From Cyanophyceae cyanobacterium (GTDB lineage: Bacteria; Cyanobacteriota; Cyanobacteriia; Cyanobacteriales; JBHJGN01), in assembly GCA_050331735.1 (NCBI GenBank), contig JBHJGN010000039.1, forward strand, positions 1 through 64,000: a DNA stretch of 64,000 nucleotides, read 5' to 3'. The first letter of the stretch is position 1; every line of letters starts with the position of its first letter. The notes below the pieces were generated by a model that searched no databases, was not told the origin of the DNA, and worked only from the letters and a program-made list of their open reading frames with translations. The translations under genes were made by a program, and so were the position numbers. Positions 61,401 through 64,000 of this stretch are shown one piece after another.

Positions 61401-64000
61401 CTCCTCCAGGAGGGTTACTCCAGTGGCGTTAACAACGGTCACTTTGAATATGGGGGCTATGCCGCCATGCAGAAATGCCAGTATTCCTACTACATTGGTC
61501 AGGAACTGCCTAAGCTGAAGCGAGCAATAGCCACGACTAGTCAGGCTCTCGCTCAGCTCAAGCAAGAAAATGCCTGGAGCTGGAATCAGATCTTTCATCA
61601 GTCTGTGCTGAATCTGCTTCAGCCCGGTGAGGCTCCCTGCTGTTTACAAGGGGAAGCCTACAATGAAGCACAAGCACTACCGCTGCTGCAAGCAGCTAAC
61701 GATCGCACCGGACTGCACTACTTTTACTTAAATAAACTCATCCTCTGTTATTTGTTTCAGGACTATCAACAGGCTTTAGCCAATGCCGCTCAAGCCGAGC
61801 AGTATTTGGATGGAGTGAAAGCATTTCTGGCTGTTCCCGTATTTTATTTCTATGACTCGCTCGCTCAGCTAGCCTGCTATTCATCCGCCTCCCCGACGCA
61901 TCAGGCAGACATCCTCAGCAAGGTGCAAACGAACCAGGAAAAAATGCACAGATGGGCGGTTCATGCTCCCATGAATTTTCAGCATAAGTACGAACTGATA
62001 GAAGCGGAAAGGGCACGGGTACTAGGACAATACTGGCAAGCAATGGAATCCTATGACCGCGCCATTGCTCTTGCTAAAGAGCAGGGCTATATCCAAGAAG
62101 AAGCCCTAGCCGCGGAACTAGCCGCCCAATTTTATATTTCCCTCGGCAAAGACCGGTTTGCCAAAGAGTATTTAAGTGAAGCCTATGATGGTTATGTCCG
62201 TTGGGGGGCAACGGCCAAAGTCCGACATTTAGAACGGTATTCCGATCCGTTGGCTGGGGTACGGCAGCGAGAGACTCAAACCCACCCTGCTCCGGCAAGC
62301 GGAAATCATTCCCAAGCCCTCGACTTAGCCACCGTCATCAAAGCATCTCAGGTGCTTTCTAGCGAAATTGTTTTGCATAAACTGGTCACGAAGCTGATGC
62401 AGATCGTCCTCGAAAATGCGGGGGCGCAAGCGGGACTTTTGCTCCTCGAAAAGGGGGGACTGCAAATTGAAGCCTATGGTGCTGTTAGTGACGAGGGCAT
62501 TGCCGTCGAGCCGCCTCGCGAATCAGGCTCTAGCAACCAGCCTCCGTATCCAGCCACTGTTGTTAATTATGTGGCGAGAACCCACAAGGCAGTTGTGCTC
62601 AACGATGCCTCAAGAGAGGAGACTTTTAACGATGACTATATCAGTTGCTATCGTCCCCAATCGATTTTGTGCTTGCCCATCTTGCATCAAGGGAAGCTGA
62701 CGGGAATTCTGTATCTCGAAAATAACTTGACGGTGGGAGCCTTTACGCCAGAGCGATTGGAAGTGTTGCAGTTACTTGCCTCTCAAGCGGCGATCGCCAT
62801 TGAAAATGCTCGCCTCTATGCTTCCCAAGAAGAGGTCAATCTTACCTTAGAAGCGAAAGTCACCGAACGAACGCGGCAGCTTCAGGAGAAAAACCAGCAT
62901 CTCCAGCAGGAGATCCGCGAACGGCAGCGGGCCGAAGCGGCAGCAGAGTCTGCTAACCGCGCCAAAAGCCAATTCTTAGCCAACATGAGTCACGAACTCC
63001 GCACCCCCCTCAACGGGATCTTAGGATATGCCCAAATTCTCCAGAAAGAACCGGTGACTGAGCGGCAACAGCATGGTTTGGGCGTCATTCACCGCTGTGG
63101 CGAACACCTGCTCACTCTGATCAACGATGTCCTAGACCTGTCTAAAATCGAAGCCCAAAAAATGGAGCTGCATCTTAGTGATGTGCTCCTGCCCTACTTT
63201 TTACAAACGATTGTTGAAGTGTGCCGTATTCGGGCCCAACAAAAGGGCATTGAGCTAATTTACACTCCCCTAGCTTCGCTACCGACTGTGATTCGTGCCG
63301 ATGAAAAACGGTTACGGCAGGTGTTGATGAACCTACTGAGCAATGCCATCAAGTTTACCGACACAGGCAGCGTCACCTTCACCGTAGACCCTCGCCAGGG
63401 ACTGAGATTTGCGGTCCAAGATACGGGCATTGGCATTGCTGCCGACCAACGAGAGGCCATTTTTGAGCCCTTTCAGCAAGTCGGGGAACGCAGCCACCAA
63501 ACAGAAGGAACGGGATTAGGACTCGCCATTAGCCGTCAACTCGTGCATCTAATGGGCGGCGAACTCCAGGTCAATAGCATTCTCGGGCAAGGCAGCGTCT
63601 TCGAGTTTGCGCTTGAGCTAACCGCAGTTAAGCAGGGGCACGAGCAGCTCACCCCGATCCAGAAGATTACGGGCTTCCAGGGACCGAAAAAAATCCTGGT
63701 GATCGATGACCAGTGGGCCAATCGCTCTGTTTTGGTTCATCTGCTGGAGCCTTTGGGGTTTGAGATGGCTGAAGCCGTTAACGGCTTGGAGGGGGTGGCT
63801 AAGGCCCGGGAGTTTCGCCCTGAGCTGATTTTGATAGATTTAATCATGCCAGAGATGGATGGCTTTGAAACCACTCAGCAGTTAAGAAAGATTCCAGAAC
63901 TAGCAGGGGTGGTCATTATTGCCATTTCAGCAAGCGTATTCGATGGCGATCGCGAGCACAGTCTCCAGGTCGGCTGCAATGATTTTCTCCCCAAACCATT
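58401..64000 (+). CDS. Multidomain Ser/Thr kinase-like / AAA ATPase / GAF / histidine kinase / receiver protein; 3' end beyond the window
   Basis: Spot-checked as one frame from ATG 58401: SPEQTGRMNR, GYSGVGKS, FLANMSHELRTPLNG (62973), KILVIDD (63690); FLDDLQWAD and GAF LYLENN also seen. Absent from the ORF track, consistent with no stop inside the window. Confidence 0.92.
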   Translation, partial: MNSIAGYRLTEVLLESPTTLVYRAFGESQPTTAIVKILKPDRSTAPLARLRQEYQLLQSLAIEGVVHPLAFARYQNSWALILSDPGGQPLKQAIAASLSLASFLHIAMQLTATLAQLHQRNIIHQSINAHTILCDRHHHQVAMIDFSRALRSQDRVVKPPEPLEGLAYLSPEQTGRMNRAIDYRTDFYSLGITFYEMLTGQLPFQAKDALELIHCHLAQTPVSPHKINDQIPQVVSDIVVKLLAKTAEARYQSALGLKADLENCLHQLQTKGKIENLKIGQLDLSSQFNIVQKLYGREPEVATLLAAFERVSLGDSEMLLVSGYSGVGKSSLVNEVRQSILRQQGYFIAGKFDQFKRNIPYSAIIQAFQELIRNLLTQSQESIAVWQAKLLGALGANAQVIIDVIPELELIIGSQPPVPPLGPTENQNRFNRLFQQFIRLFCRREQPLVLFLDDLQWADSASLKLIQLLISDRRRHLLILGAYRDNEVNATHPLMLTLSELKNPQHIHQIVLQPLQVEHVNQLISETLHTPPQQTQPLAELLFEKTQGNPFFLTQLLKSLHREKLTFNFSKGCWQWNIEQLKTINITDNVVALMIERLQQLSLKTQHLLKLAACIGNKFTLDILSVVYQQPLLASAELGEALQSGLIATVDEAYNLLAIGGPQTELLASRVTYKFLHDRVQQAAYSLIADSQKKATHLKIGQLLLTNTAPEERAENIFALVNHLNYGIELLKTDAEKLELAELNLIAGRKAKAATAYEPALRYLSVGLECLPVDSWQHQYELTLALHESAIESAYLSGNFEQMEQWAAVIRQQAKSPVDQLKVFEFKIQACMAQVKQREAVKIGLQGLELLGLKLPESPAPADIEQALSQTATHLAGKNIADLVDYPPMTETDKLAAMQMLINLGSPTYQAAPALFPLVICKQVNLSLTDGNSPFSAYSYACYGVILNGIVEDSESAYQFGQLALSLVERFNALALQTSVFFVTGACTMHGKVHARETLPLLQEGYSSGVNNGHFEYGGYAAMQKCQYSYYIGQELPKLKRAIATTSQALAQLKQENAWSWNQIFHQSVLNLLQPGEAPCCLQGEAYNEAQALPLLQAANDRTGLHYFYLNKLILCYLFQDYQQALANAAQAEQYLDGVKAFLAVPVFYFYDSLAQLACYSSASPTHQADILSKVQTNQEKMHRWAVHAPMNFQHKYELIEAERARVLGQYWQAMESYDRAIALAKEQGYIQEEALAAELAAQFYISLGKDRFAKEYLSEAYDGYVRWGATAKVRHLERYSDPLAGVRQRETQTHPAPASGNHSQALDLATVIKASQVLSSEIVLHKLVTKLMQIVLENAGAQAGLLLLEKGGLQIEAYGAVSDEGIAVEPPRESGSSNQPPYPATVVNYVARTHKAVVLNDASREETFNDDYISCYRPQSILCLPILHQGKLTGILYLENNLTVGAFTPERLEVLQLLASQAAIAIENARLYASQEEVNLTLEAKVTERTRQLQEKNQHLQQEIRERQRAEAAAESANRAKSQFLANMSHELRTPLNGILGYAQILQKEPVTERQQHGLGVIHRCGEHLLTLINDVLDLSKIEAQKMELHLSDVLLPYFLQTIVEVCRIRAQQKGIELIYTPLASLPTVIRADEKRLRQVLMNLLSNAIKFTDTGSVTFTVDPRQGLRFAVQDTGIGIAADQREAIFEPFQQVGERSHQTEGTGLGLAISRQLVHLMGGELQVNSILGQGSVFEFALELTAVKQGHEQLTPIQKITGFQGPKKILVIDDQWANRSVLVHLLEPLGFEMAEAVNGLEGVAKAREFRPELILIDLIMPEMDGFETTQQLRKIPELAGVVIIAISASVFDGDREHSLQVGCNDFLPKP

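Overview
Cyanobacterial chromosomal DNA, indicated by frequent HIP1 octamers GCGATCGC and by psaL-psaI and psb32. The window opens with the 3' end of an IS200/IS605 element (tnpB tail and right end) inserted in a broken EamA gene. Housekeeping genes follow, then an SDR plus QueA-like operon with a palindromic operator, and a divergent pair of HTH-STAND NTPases next to a repetitive RTX-like exoprotein. Next come a glgE-maltokinase-glgB operon lacking treS and a large secreted nuclease with a candidate Pho box. A signalling/secretion cluster at about 31-44.7 kb holds an FkbM methylase, a CHASE2 histidine kinase, DUF928, a TPR-CHAT protease, a TpsA-like exoprotein, a poly-Asp PEP-CTERM metalloprotease and a REC-DUF3102 regulator. 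The rest contains larC, two tandem membrane-anchored RoxA-like di-heme proteins, a GT1 glycosyltransferase, a MocR regulator, a vanadium haloperoxidase with an altered active-site motif, a PhzF-family gene, and a giant kinase/AAA/GAF/HK/REC gene running off the window end. Two copies of a MITE-like element of about 145 bp are present. No rRNA, tRNA, CRISPR array or reverse transcriptase was seen. All family assignments come from motif recognition by eye, not from database searches.
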